From Lama guanicoe (Eukaryota), in NCBI GenBank assembly GCA_013239625.1, contig MU056050.1, positions 7,021,838-7,085,837 on the forward strand: a stretch of DNA of 64,000 nucleotides, read 5' to 3'. Under the pieces are notes generated by a model. That model was not told where the DNA came from. It ran no database searches and was given only the letters and a program-made list of their open reading frames with translations. Within the stretch, counting starts at the first letter, position 1, and each line of letters starts with the position of its first letter. Positions 1-12,676 of this stretch are shown here, in pieces. The position numbers and the translations under genes were made by a program.

Positions 1-1672
1 AGTATGCTTACTAAGCAGGATGTGGCTGGACTTTTCCTGTGTGTCGGGGTTCGGTTTCATTTCCTACCTGATAGCCAAAGGCTCAAGGGCAGCTGGGGGT
101 GTTGTGAAGGTTGCAGAGGTGTGGGGACATACTGACCAGAAAATGATCCCACGAAATAATTCCACTGGCTCATGACCCCACCAGCACTCATTCCTTTTCC
201 CCATCTCTTAGCAAACCATCTCCTCAAGAGCATAGGTACCATGCCCTCTGCACCCAACCAGGCCACTGTTTCCCACCTTTCCCTCCTCACACTCCACTCT
301 CATCTCTGATATAGCAGAGAACAAAGAGACTAGCAAAGACTGCTCTACCATGCTGTCCCATGTCAGGGGGTTTGGGGCTTCATGGTTTCATGACTGAGGA
401 CATAGCCATGGATGTCTGTCATAAATCTCCACTGACTTAATACTGGGACTTGGAAATTCTCTAGTTAAAATCTGATGACAAATTCTACACAAGCAACTCA
501 TTCTGAAGTTTTCTTCTTTGTTCCCTCTCACCTCCGTCCTTGTAAGTGAGACATTGGGCTAAGAGAAGGGGATGGGGCAAGTGAGGCTTATCTGTGCTCC
601 ACATGGTCCCTCTGCTCGTTTAGGAAAAGCCCTGCAGTTGAATGAGTATTGTCACAGGTTGGGGGGTGACTCTTGACGTGGAGAGTTTGTCTCTGGTTGC
701 ACCAGTATGGAACAGCTAGAGATTATAGGACAGGGTGGAACAAGGTTCTAGGCTTAGTTTTTAAGAAAGTCAGCCATGAAAGGGAGTCACCATAAAAGGA
801 AGGTTTTCAAAAATGTTTTGAAATGGGGAATAGGATAGATAACAAAAGGTGCTCAGGCATAAAGGTAGGAATAACAACCTACCCTTGGATGGAACAGTGA
901 AAGCCAGACTCTTCACATTTCGGATGACTTTGCCTCTAGAATAAGTATATATGTGTCTGAATGTTTTTATTTTAAATGAGGGGTTAATTTTTGATTCTTC
1001 ACCTGGTGAGTTGTGATTTGCAGCAAACGTATCAGTGTGAGGCAGCTGTTCCAGTATGGTTGAGGGTAGAGCACGATTTGAGGGCTTCAGACAAAAGAAA
1101 GTCTTTTCTAGGTTCTTCCCCTCTCCCAACTGTTGGTCTGCCTTGGCCTCATCCTAATTGCTGTGTTGAGAAAGCAGCTGTAGCATTGAGCTCCATTTCA
1201 GGAATTCCTTCTAGCTGCCAGGCTTTTTCATGGTGTGTTTCACTGTAAATTAATGTTACAGATTGAGGATAATTCACTGTTTGTGCATCTAAATTCTTAA
1301 CAGTTTTCCGTGCTGCTTGTGCTGTGGGGCAGTAATTCCCAGCCTTTTTTTTTTTTTCGCTTCATGGCGCATGTAGAACATGAAGGTATTTGTATGGAAC
1401 ATGGGGGTGCACTGATGAGACTGCCTAGTGACGCTTCCCCGGGGGCTCCAGCTGCCCCAAGCCCCACCTGGCTGCCCTGGGGCCTGAGTGAATTAATGTG
1501 TAGGTACATGTGCTGTGACACACCTGTTAGGCAGGTCTGCTTTTGAGATTTTCCAAAAAGTAGAATTAGCAGGAGGGTAATGGGTATGGTTCAAACAATG
1601 GCTTTGTGCAGCTGAGTTCAGATAGTTTGATAGAAGGGCTGTCTTTGCTGAAGCATTGCCTGTCTGTCTTAG

Positions 1673-1850
1673 ATCAAAGGAAGAACTATCCGGGTGGATC
1701 ATGTGTCTAACTATCGGGCTCCTAAGGATTCAGAAGAAATGGATGATGTGACCAGACAGCTCCAGGAGAGGGGCTGTGGGGCTCACACCCCCTCACAGAG
1801 TTCATCTGAGGGCTCTGAAGATGACAAACCCACAAAAAAACACAAAAAAG
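1673..1850 (+). CDS. RBMX2: RBMX2 penultimate coding exon (end of RRM plus linker)
   Basis: Acceptor tgtctgtcttAG|ATC at 1672/1673 and donor AAG|GTAAAA at 1850/1851. Translates IKGRTIRVDHVSNYRAPKDSEEMDDVTRQLQERGCG...KPTKKHKK, matching RBMX2 (Snu17/IST3 homologue) as I recall it. 178 nt, ends in phase 1. Confidence 0.95.
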
Positions 1851-2016
1851 GTAAAAAAGCGTTAAGACCTAAGAGAAGATTCTGGGTTGTCTTAGTGTTT
1901 GCTCTTCCTAGCATTCACTGTGAGTTGGTAATCAGTTCTTAAGTCTGAAGGTGGGGCATGTGGGAACCTTACTTTAATTGGGAAAGGAGAGGTATCAGCA
2001 GAAGGCTAAGAGCATT

Positions 2017-2121
2017 AGGGCTGAATTCTGTCCCCTAAAATTTGTATGTTGAAATCCTAACCCCCGAGTACCTTAGAATGTGGCTGTATTTGGAGGTAGG
2101 GTCTCTAAAGAGGTAATTAAG
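2017..2121 (+). mobile_element. MaLR LTR 5' fragment (MLT1A/B-like) in RBMX2 intron
   Basis: gggctgaattctgtcccctaaaatttgtatgttgaaatcctaacccc...tggctgtatttggaggtagggtctctaaagaggtaattaag resembles the start of MLT1 LTRs. Confidence 0.7.
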
Positions 2122-2307
2122 GGTAGGATTTGCCTTATACAGCAACTTGACATATCAAGGGTAACAGACATCCATCCTGGCTTCTCAGAGGCACTTTCCT
2201 GGAAGTAAGAGACTGCTTCACGCTGCTGCCAAGGAGGCTTTCCTTTTGCATATCCTCCATCTCTTCGATCTCCCTTGTCTTATTGTTGTGCTCCTCTTTT
2301 CCTCCAG

Positions 2308-2810
2308 ACAAAAAGGGAAAAAAGAAAAGAAAGAAAGACAAAGAGAAGACTGACCAGGAGGTACAGGCAGAGCAGCCAGCCTCCTCTTCATCACCCAGAA
2401 GCAAGACGATAAAGGAAAAGGATGACCCTGGCTCTAAAAAGCACAGCAGCAAGAAATCGGAGAGGGTTCCAAAGTCAGAGTCCAGGGAGGTGCGGAAGCC
2501 CCACCTCAGCTCCCCTGAGGTCAGGACAAGCTGCTCTGGCAGAGCAGAGGACCGGGAGAGGGAGCTAAGGAAGGAGAAGCCCAAGCATGAGCACAAGTCA
2601 TCCAGCAGGAGGGAAGAAAGAGAAGAAAAGAACAGGGATAGAGACAGAGGTCGAAGCTCAGATGCACATTCTAGCCGGCATGACGGGCGTTCTGAGGGGC
2701 GTAGTCACAGAAGTAAAAGTAGGAGCAGAGATAAGTCCCACAGGCATAAGAGGGCCCGGCACTCCCGGGACCGGGAGTCCTCTAATCCCAGTGACCGCAG
2801 GCATCACTGA
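2308..2810 (+). CDS. RBMX2: RBMX2 last coding exon (Lys/Arg/Ser/His-rich C-terminus)
   Basis: Pyrimidine tract with cctccAG|AC at 2307/2308. G+AC=Asp joins in frame with the previous exon. DKKGKKKRKK...EVQAEQP...KEKPKHEHKSSSRRE...RSRDKSHRHKRAR...SSNPSDRRHH* ends at TGA 2808-2810. Confidence 0.95.
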
Positions 2811-3414
2811 AGCCACAGCCTGTTCAGCTGCTTGGTACAATTGGACATGAACTGTGTTTTTAAAATGCAGTGAAATTCAGTTATGTTTTTACTATTTCTG
2901 TATGTAACATCTCTGAGGCTGAATTCTTTCTATCCCTTGAGTATTAGAATCATTGGGAGAGCTGTGGTTTTAACAGCTAAATGTCCTGGATTTTTCAGCA
3001 AAACCCATTGTCCCTGGGAACATGCTTGGTGCTTTTGGTACTTACCAGAGTATGTATCCTAAATTTGGGTTCATAAATATGGTCCTTGAATTTGTGACCT
3101 CAGTTTATGATGAAATGGCTAGGAAAGGGGAAATATCAGGCAATTCTAGAATTCCAGTCTTTCTGCTAGATGTTTAGAACCCTTGCAGTGACCTTTCCGT
3201 TGGCAGGTATAACCATAGAGTAGAGAAATGTGGCTTAACTAGGTTCAGACTGCTTGGTGTAAATGTGATCAGGATTCTTAACATCAGCCTGCTCCCTCCC
3301 CACCTCCCCTGCCCACCCCCTTTCTTTGAAATGTAAGAAATGATAGACATCTTTTTTTTCCTTTTTCCTTTTTTTTTTGGTTGATATGTCTCCACATCCT
3401 TTCCTTACAACATA

Positions 3415-3866
3415 TTTATCTATTTATTTTATTGAGGTGGAATTCACATAACATAAAATTAGCCATTTTAAAGGAAACAGTTCAGTGGCATTTGGTACAT
3501 TCACAGTTATAAAACCACCATCCCTATCTAATTCCAAAACATTTTCATCATCCCAAAATGAAACCCTGTACCCATTAAGCAGCCACTCCCCATTCCCTCC
3601 TCCTTGTCCCTGGCAGCCACCAATCTGCTTTCTGTTCCTATAGATTTATGCATTCTGGATATTTCATCCAAGTGGAATCATACAACATGTGGCCTTCTGC
3701 GCCTGGTGCCTTTCACTTACTATAATGTTTTTGAGGTTCATCTCCATTGTAGCGTGTATCAGTACTTTTTTCCTTTTTATAGATAGTGTTTCATTGTATG
3801 GTTATTTCATATTTTGTTTATCCATTCCTCAGTGGATGGACATGTGGGTTATTTCCACCTTTTGGC
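3415..3866 (-). mobile_element. Old L1 3' end (L1MB-like)
   Basis: T-rich tail followed by ttattgaggtggaattcacataacataaaatt...cagttcagtggcattt...ggaatcatacaa...atccattcctcagtggatggacat, typical of the antisense L1M 3' UTR. Confidence 0.8.
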
Positions 3867-4000
3867 TAGCCAGCTCCCTTTTCATGTTCCAGACATACCA
3901 GGCTGCTTTTGGGCTTAGTTTGCTTTTTGAGTAGCTGTTCTTACTGAGATGGGAACACTTTGTCAGCTCCGTTGCATATCTCTCTGGTCTGCTTGGTAGT

Positions 4001-5032
4001 TCTTTTTTTTTTTTAACATTTTTTATTGATTTATAATCATTTTACAATGTTGTGTCAAATTCCAGTGTTCAGCACACTTTTTCAGTCATTCATGGACATA
4101 TACACACTCATTGTCACATTTTTTTTCTCTGTGAGTTATCATAACATTTTGTGTATATTTCCCTGTGCTGTACAGTGTAATCTTGTTTATCTATTCTACA
4201 GTTTTAAAATCCCAGTCTCTCCCTTCCCACCCTCCACCCCCTTGGTAACCACAAGTCTGTATTCTCTGTCTGTGAGTCTATTTCTGTCCTGTATTTATGC
4301 TTTGTTTTTGTTTGTTTTTGTTTTTGTTTCTTAGATTCCACATATGAGCGATCTCATATGGTATTTTTCTTTCTCTTTCTGGCTTACTTCACTTAGAATG
4401 ACATTCTCCAGGAACATCCATGTTGCTGCAAATGGCATTATGTTGTTGGTTTTTATGGCTGAGTAGTATTCCATTGTATAAATATACCACATCTTCTTTA
4501 TCCAGTCACCTGTTGATGGACATTTAGGTTGTTTCCATGTCTTGGCTATTGTAAATAGTGCTGCTATGAACATTGGGGTGCAGGTGTCATCCTGAAGTAG
4601 AGAATTTTTGCAAATGAAACCGACAAAGGCTTGATCTCCAGAATATATAAGCAGCTCATATGACTCAATAAGAAAAAAATAAACAGCGCAATCCAAAAAT
4701 GGGCAGAAGACCTAAACAAGCAATTCTCCAAGGAAGACATACAAATGATCAAAAGGCACATGAAAAAATGCTCAATATCACTAATTATCAGGGAAATGCA
4801 AATCAAAACTACAATGAGGTATCACCTCACACCAGTCAGAATGGCCGTCATTCAAAAATCCACAAATGACAAATGCTGGAGAGGCTGTGGAGAAAGGGGA
4901 ACCCTCCTACACTGCTGGTGGGAATGCAGTTTGGTGCAGCCACTATGGAAAACAGTGTGGAGATTCCTCAAAAGACTAGGAATAGACTTACCGTATGACC
5001 CAGGAATCCCACTCCTGGGCTTGTATCTTTTT
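4001..5032 (-). mobile_element. Young lineage-specific L1, 5'-truncated with internal 5' inversion
   Basis: 4001-4600 is poly(T), antisense 3'UTR and the ORF2 end ([23 protein letters not shown] on the minus strand). About 4601-5027 is the upstream ORF2 segment in the opposite orientation ([30 protein letters not shown]...[11 protein letters not shown] on the plus strand). Candidate TSD tcttttt at 4001-4007 and 5026-5032. Confidence 0.9.
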
Positions 5033-6085
5033 CATTTGGAGAGAAATCCCTTATGAGTTTGATAGGAGCTAGTTCACAGGCCAACCCTTAATATGCCTGC
5101 TGAATTATTAAAATTGAATTTCTGACCCTGCAAAACAGAGAACTTTAATAATGAATGCACTAAGTTAGATTACCTGCTGTGTTAGTATGGGTCCTAGATT
5201 AGATGTGCAAGAGATTTTGGTGGGATAGTGCCCATGAAGGAAAATGGAGCAGGAACTGGAGGAGTCTGGGAAAGCTGTCAGACTATGATATAGGTCTAAC
5301 TTCTGGAGAAGAAAGGAAAAGAAAGAAGGAAGTTGGATAGGAAAAGTCTTAGATTGCTGTGGAGTTCTCAGAACATTTCAGCAAGACCGATGATGAGTGC
5401 TTGAACCAAAGTCACCTGTCAGAGGAGTCTAATAGATGAGCCTTGGTAGCAGGAATCCTTGCTGTTGGGCCTCCATCAGCCGTTGTGGCCACTCTGCTTA
5501 TGTGTCCATCATGCCAGTTGTGTGGTCACCACTGACAAAGGCCCCTGCACCTGGCTAAGTCATTGTATCTGCTTTGTGGTTTAGTGCCTCTTCCATGGTG
5601 GATGCTCTCTGATGGGTGTTAACATGTGATGCAGAAATCTTCACACTTTTGCTGGCTCCCTCATGTCAGTCCATAGCCTTTGCACCAGACCTCCTTATCT
5701 CTGATCTTCCAGCCTTTTCCTTCCAGGCTCCCAACTGGACAGCCAGGCTGTTGGCCACTGTCCAGGAGTCTGTATATTTTCAGTAAACATTTCCCTTCAG
5801 GCCACTTCTTCCATACCAAGTTGAGTGCACTGCTTGCTGTTCCATCTCTGAACGTATCTGCTAAAATACAGAGACCACTCGTCTTCGTTTTGTGCTTACA
5901 TACTGAGCTGCTGACCCATTTGTAAATCCAGCTCATGCTCTTTCCTCCTCTTCCAGCTGGTCATATAGGAACCCTCATATGGCCATAGGTGCAGAGATAT
6001 CATAGGGGCTGCTACTCCACATCTTTCAAGTTTTTAGTAGTGGCACATCTACTCCATCTCCCTGGGATATAATATTTATGATTTA

Positions 6086-6475
6086 TGTATCAATTAGGGT
6101 TTTATCAGAGAAAGATTTACATACATGTCTGTATCTACATATGCCATATATATATATATAGCAAATAATTGGCTTATAGAGTTGTTGGGGTTGGTTAGGC
6201 AAGCCTGAAATTCATAGGGGAGGCCCCGGAAAGCTTGGAACTCTTGGGCAGTACCTGATACTGCAGTCCACAGGCAGAATTTCTTCAGGGAAATGTTTTG
6301 CTCTTAAGGCCTTCAACTGATTGGATGAGGCCCACCCAGATAATGGAGGATAGCCTCCTTAAAATCCACTGATGATAGATGTTAACCATATCTACAAAAT
6401 ACCTTCACAGCAACACCTAGATTAGTGTTTAATTGACTAATTGGGTCAAGTCGACACGGGAAAGGAACCACCACA
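6086..6475 (-). mobile_element. MLT2-type (ERV-L) solo LTR nested in the provirus
   Basis: tgtatcaattagggttttatcagagaa, a (TA)n tract, ttcaactgattggatgaggcccaccca and aaataccttcacagcaacacctagattagtgttt match the antisense MLT2 consensus as recalled. Confidence 0.7.
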
Positions 6476-8757
6476 ATTTACTCTTGTCCTTGGTGAGGTG
6501 GGGGAAGTTTCAGAGGTTTCCACTTGGCTTTCCTCACTGTGACAGCTCCTACCCTACAAGCCAAGGACCCACGTGAAGAGTCACTCCCAACTACCAGTTC
6601 AATTCCAGTTACACACTTGAGGACTAGGAAATGAACACTGGGTAGGTCTGCAGGTCCACTGTGAGTCCTCTTAGCCAGGACTTCAGTTATTACTTGGCCC
6701 CGGAAGCCCCGTGGGTGGTGGTAATGTGTCAGGTCTCTAGGTATCAATGTCAGCTTTGATCTTGAGTCCAGTATTCTTCAGACATCTGGCTTTTCTTTCC
6801 CCTATATACATACACCCAGGTAAGTGGCTGTAGGTCCATCTGGGGGAAGTACTAGGGGAATCATATATTTGCCATTGTCCATCCTAGGGGCCCCACTACC
6901 TCTTCCAGTTCTGAAAATGGGTAGACATCTGGAAATTGAGCAAGGAATTAGGACTTTTTATTGGGGAAACCTCCCGCAACCCTCCTGTTCCTCCACTCTT
7001 GTCTTTTTCAACTTGTGGATCTTGAGCAATCCCCTTATTGGCCCTCTGTATTGCTCCTAGGGACACTGTGGTTCATTTGCCATGTCCACAGCTCCCTGGG
7101 GGAAAGTCCCTTGGCTGCCCTTCAGACCTTCTTCACTTTGGTATCTGTGGCCTCCTAGCTTCTGGTGGATAAGCACCTCTACCTGTGTCTGTTACTCTGG
7201 GGCCCCAGCTCTGTGATGGTCTCTTACTGCCACCCTCAGCCTGCAGAGGAGGGCTCCTCTGAACCTAGTGATGGTGGTGCCCCTCTCACCAGTGCCTTCC
7301 TGATGGCCTCAGTGAATGGAATGTCTCCTGGGCCCTCCTGTGGAACACTACCCTCTGGTGGGGTTTTCGACCTCACGTAATCTCTCCACTCCAGCATGCC
7401 TACTTCCCTCGGCCTTTTCATTCTTTCCTCTGGCCTTTGCCAGGATAGCTCAGATATTTCTACTTTGTCTAGTGGTGGCCATCACTTTTTCCAGGCCTCT
7501 AAGAGCCATGTTAGTTAGTAGAGACTTCTCATCCCCTGTGGTCCTGGACAGGGGGTTGAATCCTGTATCCTGAGAAAGTGCTCCCCAATCTGAATTCTGG
7601 CTTTTGTGGCCCTCTGGAAACAGCACCCTTGAAAGCCAAACCCAGTGTTTCCTACGCTCCTGTTGGTAACTGCCAGTCAGTTCTTGCAACTCTTTGGGGG
7701 TGTACTCTCTCCTTTATTAGCCCCAGCCCTTCCTCAGCGAGCTAATGCTGAAATTTAATACTAGTTATCAGTTTGATAACCAGGAGAGGGGTTGGACACA
7801 GCTCAGAGTGGGGACACCGATTAATTGGTGTGGGGAGCACCCACTGTAGCATCTTCCAGCACAGGGGAAGTGCTAGCTCTTATTCTGGAAGAGTGGCCCC
7901 CGCCCTCTGCAAACTGAGGGCTGGGTGGGGGTGTCTGCAGAGCCAACACCTTCAGAGATGTCTGGCCAGATGTTCCTACCCCATGTCTCAGGGTCCTAGG
8001 ATTTTCCAACCATATGAAGTCACGTGGCCCTGACTGCAAAGCAGACCTGGATCATATTAAACACTGAGTATTTAATCTCCCTGTAGTTCTGCCACTTGCA
8101 TGGCCTCTTTGTTGCTCCGCTGTGTTCACTCCTCCACTGCAGGAACTAAGGGCCTCTTTGGAAGCTCGGTGGAGGTCCTCTGGCTCTCACACTTAGTATG
8201 AGCTATTTATTAACTGTTATCCATTTCTCATTACCGTGCTGCAGGGCATCAGTACAACCTAACCATATCCAGGCATTTCCACTGTCTGTTCTTATTCCTG
8301 CTCCCCCTAGAGTTTTCAAAAGTCTGAATCACCACATTTGCAAGACCCTTCTGTCAGTTTTCCCAGGTCATCTCCAGAGAAATCTGTAGCAGTTGGACAC
8401 ACCATGCCTGGGACTGTCCATGCCTCACGTCCCCCTCAGGACAGTGTCCATTTTGCCCACTAAATGGTGACTAAAGCTGTCCCAGAGCCCATCTCACACA
8501 GGCTGTTCTCTTGGACCATCACTGGCACCCTTTGTGATAGTTTGAGTCCCCTGAGAAGCAGGTGCCAAGATAGGATTAGACATATAAGAGATCTATTAGC
8601 GTAAATGCCTGTGAGGGAAAATGAGGAGGAGTCAGGGAGAGCTGTCGGACTAGATGCAGGTCTAACGCCAGTGGAGGAGAGAGAAGGAAAGAGGAGTGGG
8701 TAGGCAAATGCTTAGACTATGTGGTGCAGTTTTAAAAACATTTTGCAAAGCAAATGT

Positions 8758-9220
8758 CTTTCAGGAGAGGCAGTCCACCACAGGCCCTGAGCATCCCTGC
8801 ACATTCTTGGTGAGAGTCTTTAAAGCAGAGCTTATCTGTCTCTTGATACTGAGCTGTTTGTGTAGGGCATGGTGACCACAGTGTGACTACCATTTAATAT
8901 CTTGCTTCCCAGGGGAGGAGCACTGGTTTGTTTACTCATTGCTCAAAAAGTCCCAGGCCCTTGACCCTGGGTTCCTTAGCTGTGATGCAGTCCACTGCAT
9001 AGGCAGCATCCATCTGAGCCTGTTGCACTCCCTGTGGGACTTGGGGACAGGGCAACTGGCAAAACTCTGCTGATACTCATGCTGTTTGCTGTATTGTATT
9101 AAACTGTCTTGTTCTCCCCGTTGAGTCTCACTGTCTACTTTCTGCATCTGTGAAATAGTGTCAGGTCCAATTGCTATCCTTCATGAGTGTGGGCTTCTTC
9201 CCCAGCAGCATCCCTGACTC
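8758..9220. mobile_element. Probable solo LTR of another family inserted into the ERV-L LTR
   Basis: It interrupts the LTR16-like sequence, which resumes at ~9220 (aaagtcacctgt, also at ~5408 in the other LTR). It has an LTR-like ATTAAA followed by ctgtcttgttctc. Family not identified. Confidence 0.45.
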
Positions 9221-12200
9221 AAAAGTCACCTGTTTGGGGAAGTCCTGTGTCTTGCAGGAATGACCTGTCTTAATATCTCTGCTACACTTTGTCATTGGCT
9301 GAGAGCAGACCATGGGAAGTTTGGCTTTGGTGAAGATGCAATGATAGTGGAAAATAAGGCAGTGTTGTATTTCAGGAGCTCAGTGGCTGCGGCTGTCAGT
9401 CACTCATGCTCCCTGCAGTTAGAGAACTGAGAGGCCCAAATACACCCTGCACTGTGCCCCTCCTGAAACAGCCAGCCAGCCACTGGTTTTCGTTCATCTT
9501 TGATAACAGTGATGTTTACTTGTTCCTTTCGTGGGTTCGCCTCACAGAAGGCAGTTGGAATTCATTGGTGAGCAAATTCCCAGTGACCTCAAAGCTCAAC
9601 AGCCAGTGAATGAAGAGTTCATTAAGAATACTTTATAGTTCTGGGCATATCAGTATTTCTTTTATGTGGCCCAAGTAACACCCCAGTCTGTCTGTCTCTT
9701 TTTGCTTCCTCTAACCTGTTGGAGCATGTACCTGATAAGGATCTGTCCTGGCAGTTTCTGGACTCATTGAATCCTAAATTGGAAGTAACCCTTATCTGGA
9801 CATGTTCTGTAAACATGTTTTGAAGCTTTTTGAAAGGAATAACCTGGTCATTGTCTCAATGGCATTCTACTGAAGTGTAAAGTGCTCCACACTGTGCCCT
9901 TAGGACCAAAGAATAAAGTCAAACATTTCCTGATGTCTTTTACCTGGAAATATAAACGTAGAAGACATAATTTGGGTGTGATTATTTGCACTGAAAGGAT
10001 TTAACCTAGCATCCTTCCTTTACTAAATAGGTAGCCCCTGATTTCTGCAAGTGTTACTGCAAACTGCACCATAAATCAGTAAGAGGAGGTCATCTTTTTC
10101 AGTAGGAAATAATTATATTTGCAATAAGCATTTGGCAATTTGTAAACTAAGTATACCCAACTGCATGTCATCAAAGATACATTGGTCCCTAGATGAATCA
10201 TTAAAAATACTGAAATTATGTGCCAAGTCCTATAAAGGGGCAAAAGCATATGACACATTTTAATTAAGTTATTCTAAAGTTTATGGCTGTCACCCAGCTA
10301 TACAGCTATTGTAATTGGATATTTAATCTAAGGCCAATATATTGTCTATAATGAGCATCAGTCAAAAATTTGGTTACCACTTGCCAGCTTGGAAGGTAGA
10401 AGAGTACTCTGGGGATGGCTGAAGATGACCTACTGTCTTTAAAGAAGCAGTTTAAGAAAGTCTGAACTAATGCTTTCTTTTTTCTCATGCCTCATAAGAA
10501 GCTAAGGCATTTGATATCGTTCCATTTACCACAGGTTAGGGTTGTAATTGGCTTAATAATTGTTGGTGATGATTGTGATGTTTCTTCAAGAGAGAGGGAT
10601 TTATTAGCAGCTAACAACAGCAAAAACCCTTCATGATTATTAATTTAAATCTCTAAGTCCTTTGGATTTTTATTAGTATACCATATGATTGCCAAATCCT
10701 ATTTGTGTGCTGATTTTACTTATTTTATATGTGCATTTCTGTGTTTATATTGTCACTACCCTTGTCATTTCCAGTGGCTGTACAGCATTCTTTCCTGATA
10801 ATACACCATACCAATCCCTCACTTGAATTGTTTTGATTTTTCTTCATAATTAATAGTACTACTATGAACAGTTTTATACAGTCTACAATTTTTTTCATTT
10901 TATATTTTTCCCTTGGACCACATTCCCCAAAGTGGAATTACCAGGTCCAAAAGTGCAGCTAGAACCATAGCCTGTCTTACTTATTGTTAGTGCTTTTCAG
11001 AAAGATCAAATTTGTGGTACTATCAGCACTGTAGAGTTGAAGTGTAATTATTTCCGTACATTCTGGGCAACACTGGATTTTATGATTTTATCCCCTTTTT
11101 CTTCTCTGAAAGGTATATTGTGATACCTTCAGGTTATTCTAATTTGAATTTTCTTTCATTGCAAGTGAGGCTGTGTATTTTAGTGCTTTCATCTTTTTCT
11201 TTAAGTGGTTCCATCTTCAAGGACTGTAGAGACCAGCTCATACATTCTTAATGTATTTTGGCTGGCAGGCTTCGAACAGCTATGGTAGGCACCTTTCCTC
11301 CCTGGTATTCATTCACCTTTTGATATTTAGTTCACTAGACAAAAAAGCATTTTTTAAAATGAGGACTAATTTTATTTGAAGGTAGAAATGCAACCACAGA
11401 AACAGACCCAAGCAGTGACATCAGGAAATAGTAGCTGTTGAATACCATGTTCCCATTCTCTCTCTCCTTCATTCTCATCTCCCTCCCTCTCTCTTTTATG
11501 CCTTTTTGAGGGAGGCTATTCACTTAGACTTCTTTCTAAAGTCATACAATAATACACTGTCATCCATAGACTGTCTGGGGAAGGATACTTGATCCAGTGA
11601 TAGTAGAGAACGCTTCTGGAGAGGAGAGGGGAAGAGCCTTACTTTTCACTGTACCTTTTGTCACTTTTCAGTTCTGAACTAGAGTTGTATTACTTTTTAA
11701 TAAAAACAAATTAAAGCCCATATATGTAAGATGAGTGTTTGTCATTATTATGGACCTTTAAAAAATAACTTCAAATTTATGCTGCTGCATGTGATGAACT
11801 TCAATATGTGAGGGCAGAAATGAGTAGACGAAGGCAGCCAAATTTGGGTAGATGTGATATTTGGGCAGAACTGCCTGCCATTCTATTTACTAGAGTTCAG
11901 TTAACATAACATTTATGGACTACAGGCACTGCATAAAGGAAATTTACTGGCCTAGAACCATTTCACTGGGGCATTTTGGATAAGACAGAGACCTTCCACT
12001 GACCTAAATTCCTGGATAAAGTTGGAGTATGAGGATGACTGAGTGGTTGTCTTCATGTTTACTTAGTGGATAGAGGAAGGCTGGACTGCTGGTTTCAGTA
12101 CCAGAGTGGTGTTTCCATCCCACGGAAGCAGTTTCTAGCCAAGCACTATTTGAGGCCAGCTGGCAGGTGCAGGTTCTGATTTGCTTTTTGTGACTCGTTT

Positions 12201-12496
12201 ACTTCGGTGTTCTTGATGGGGCCTCTCCTTTCTCCATCAGTTGAGTTTTGGGAAGTGCAGGGGCACAGGTATCACTAGAAAGCATGAGCCCCCTGCCCCC
12301 CACGTTGCTGGTTCACGTTATCTTAAAGGGGCCAAGAGGATGCCTAGAGGCTTCAAAGCCCCTCTGAGGAGTCAGATCTCTGCATCTCTTTGCCACCCAA
12401 TGTGTTTGGGGATAGGCTTTGGAAATGAACTTTCAGGGAACCCTTTGACCTAATCTGAATTGGCTAGTGTCCCTGAGGCCGTGTAGTAATTAGACT

Positions 12497-12676
12497 TGCA
12501 CTGTCCATTAAGGGAACCACTAGCCACATGTGGCTATTTAAATTGAAATAAAGCGAAAACTTGAGGTCCTCAATCATACTAGTGACAACAGCCACATGGG
12601 GCTGGTGCCTACCGTACCAGACTGAGCATGTATAGACTATTTCCGTCATCATGCAACACCCTATGGGACAGTGCTG
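12497..12676. mobile_element. MER3-like hAT-Charlie non-autonomous DNA transposon
   Basis: Inverted termini gcactgtcc...ggacagtgc, with internal ccactagccacatgtggctatttaaatt and a second agccacatg. Confidence 0.8.

Larger units (their letters stand above)
5177..9430 (-). mobile_element. Decayed ERV-L class provirus (HERV16/ERVL-like) with paired LTR16-like LTRs
   Basis: Related LTR segments at ~5177-5430 and ~8532-8757/9220-9430 share gattagaYRTRYaagagat...tgccYRtgaRggaaaatg...agctgtc.gacta. Internal minus-strand peptides resemble ERV-L gag (REVGMLEW...VPQEGPGDIPFTEAIRKALVRGAP, 7236-7421), the pol start (RKAKWKPLKLP, ~6500) and RNase H (WKIRDKEVW, ~5690). A degenerate PBS-like GGTGCCAGTGATGG lies at ~8516-8529. 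All ORFs are broken. Confidence 0.75.

Noticed and set aside
2135..2850. ORFs 2135-2596(-), 2587-2850(+) and 2658-2840(-)
   Set aside because: Antisense or alternative frames of the RBMX2 last exon.
4331..5056. L1 ORF2-like ORFs as genes
   Set aside because: They are fragments of a truncated, inverted L1, not a functional gene.
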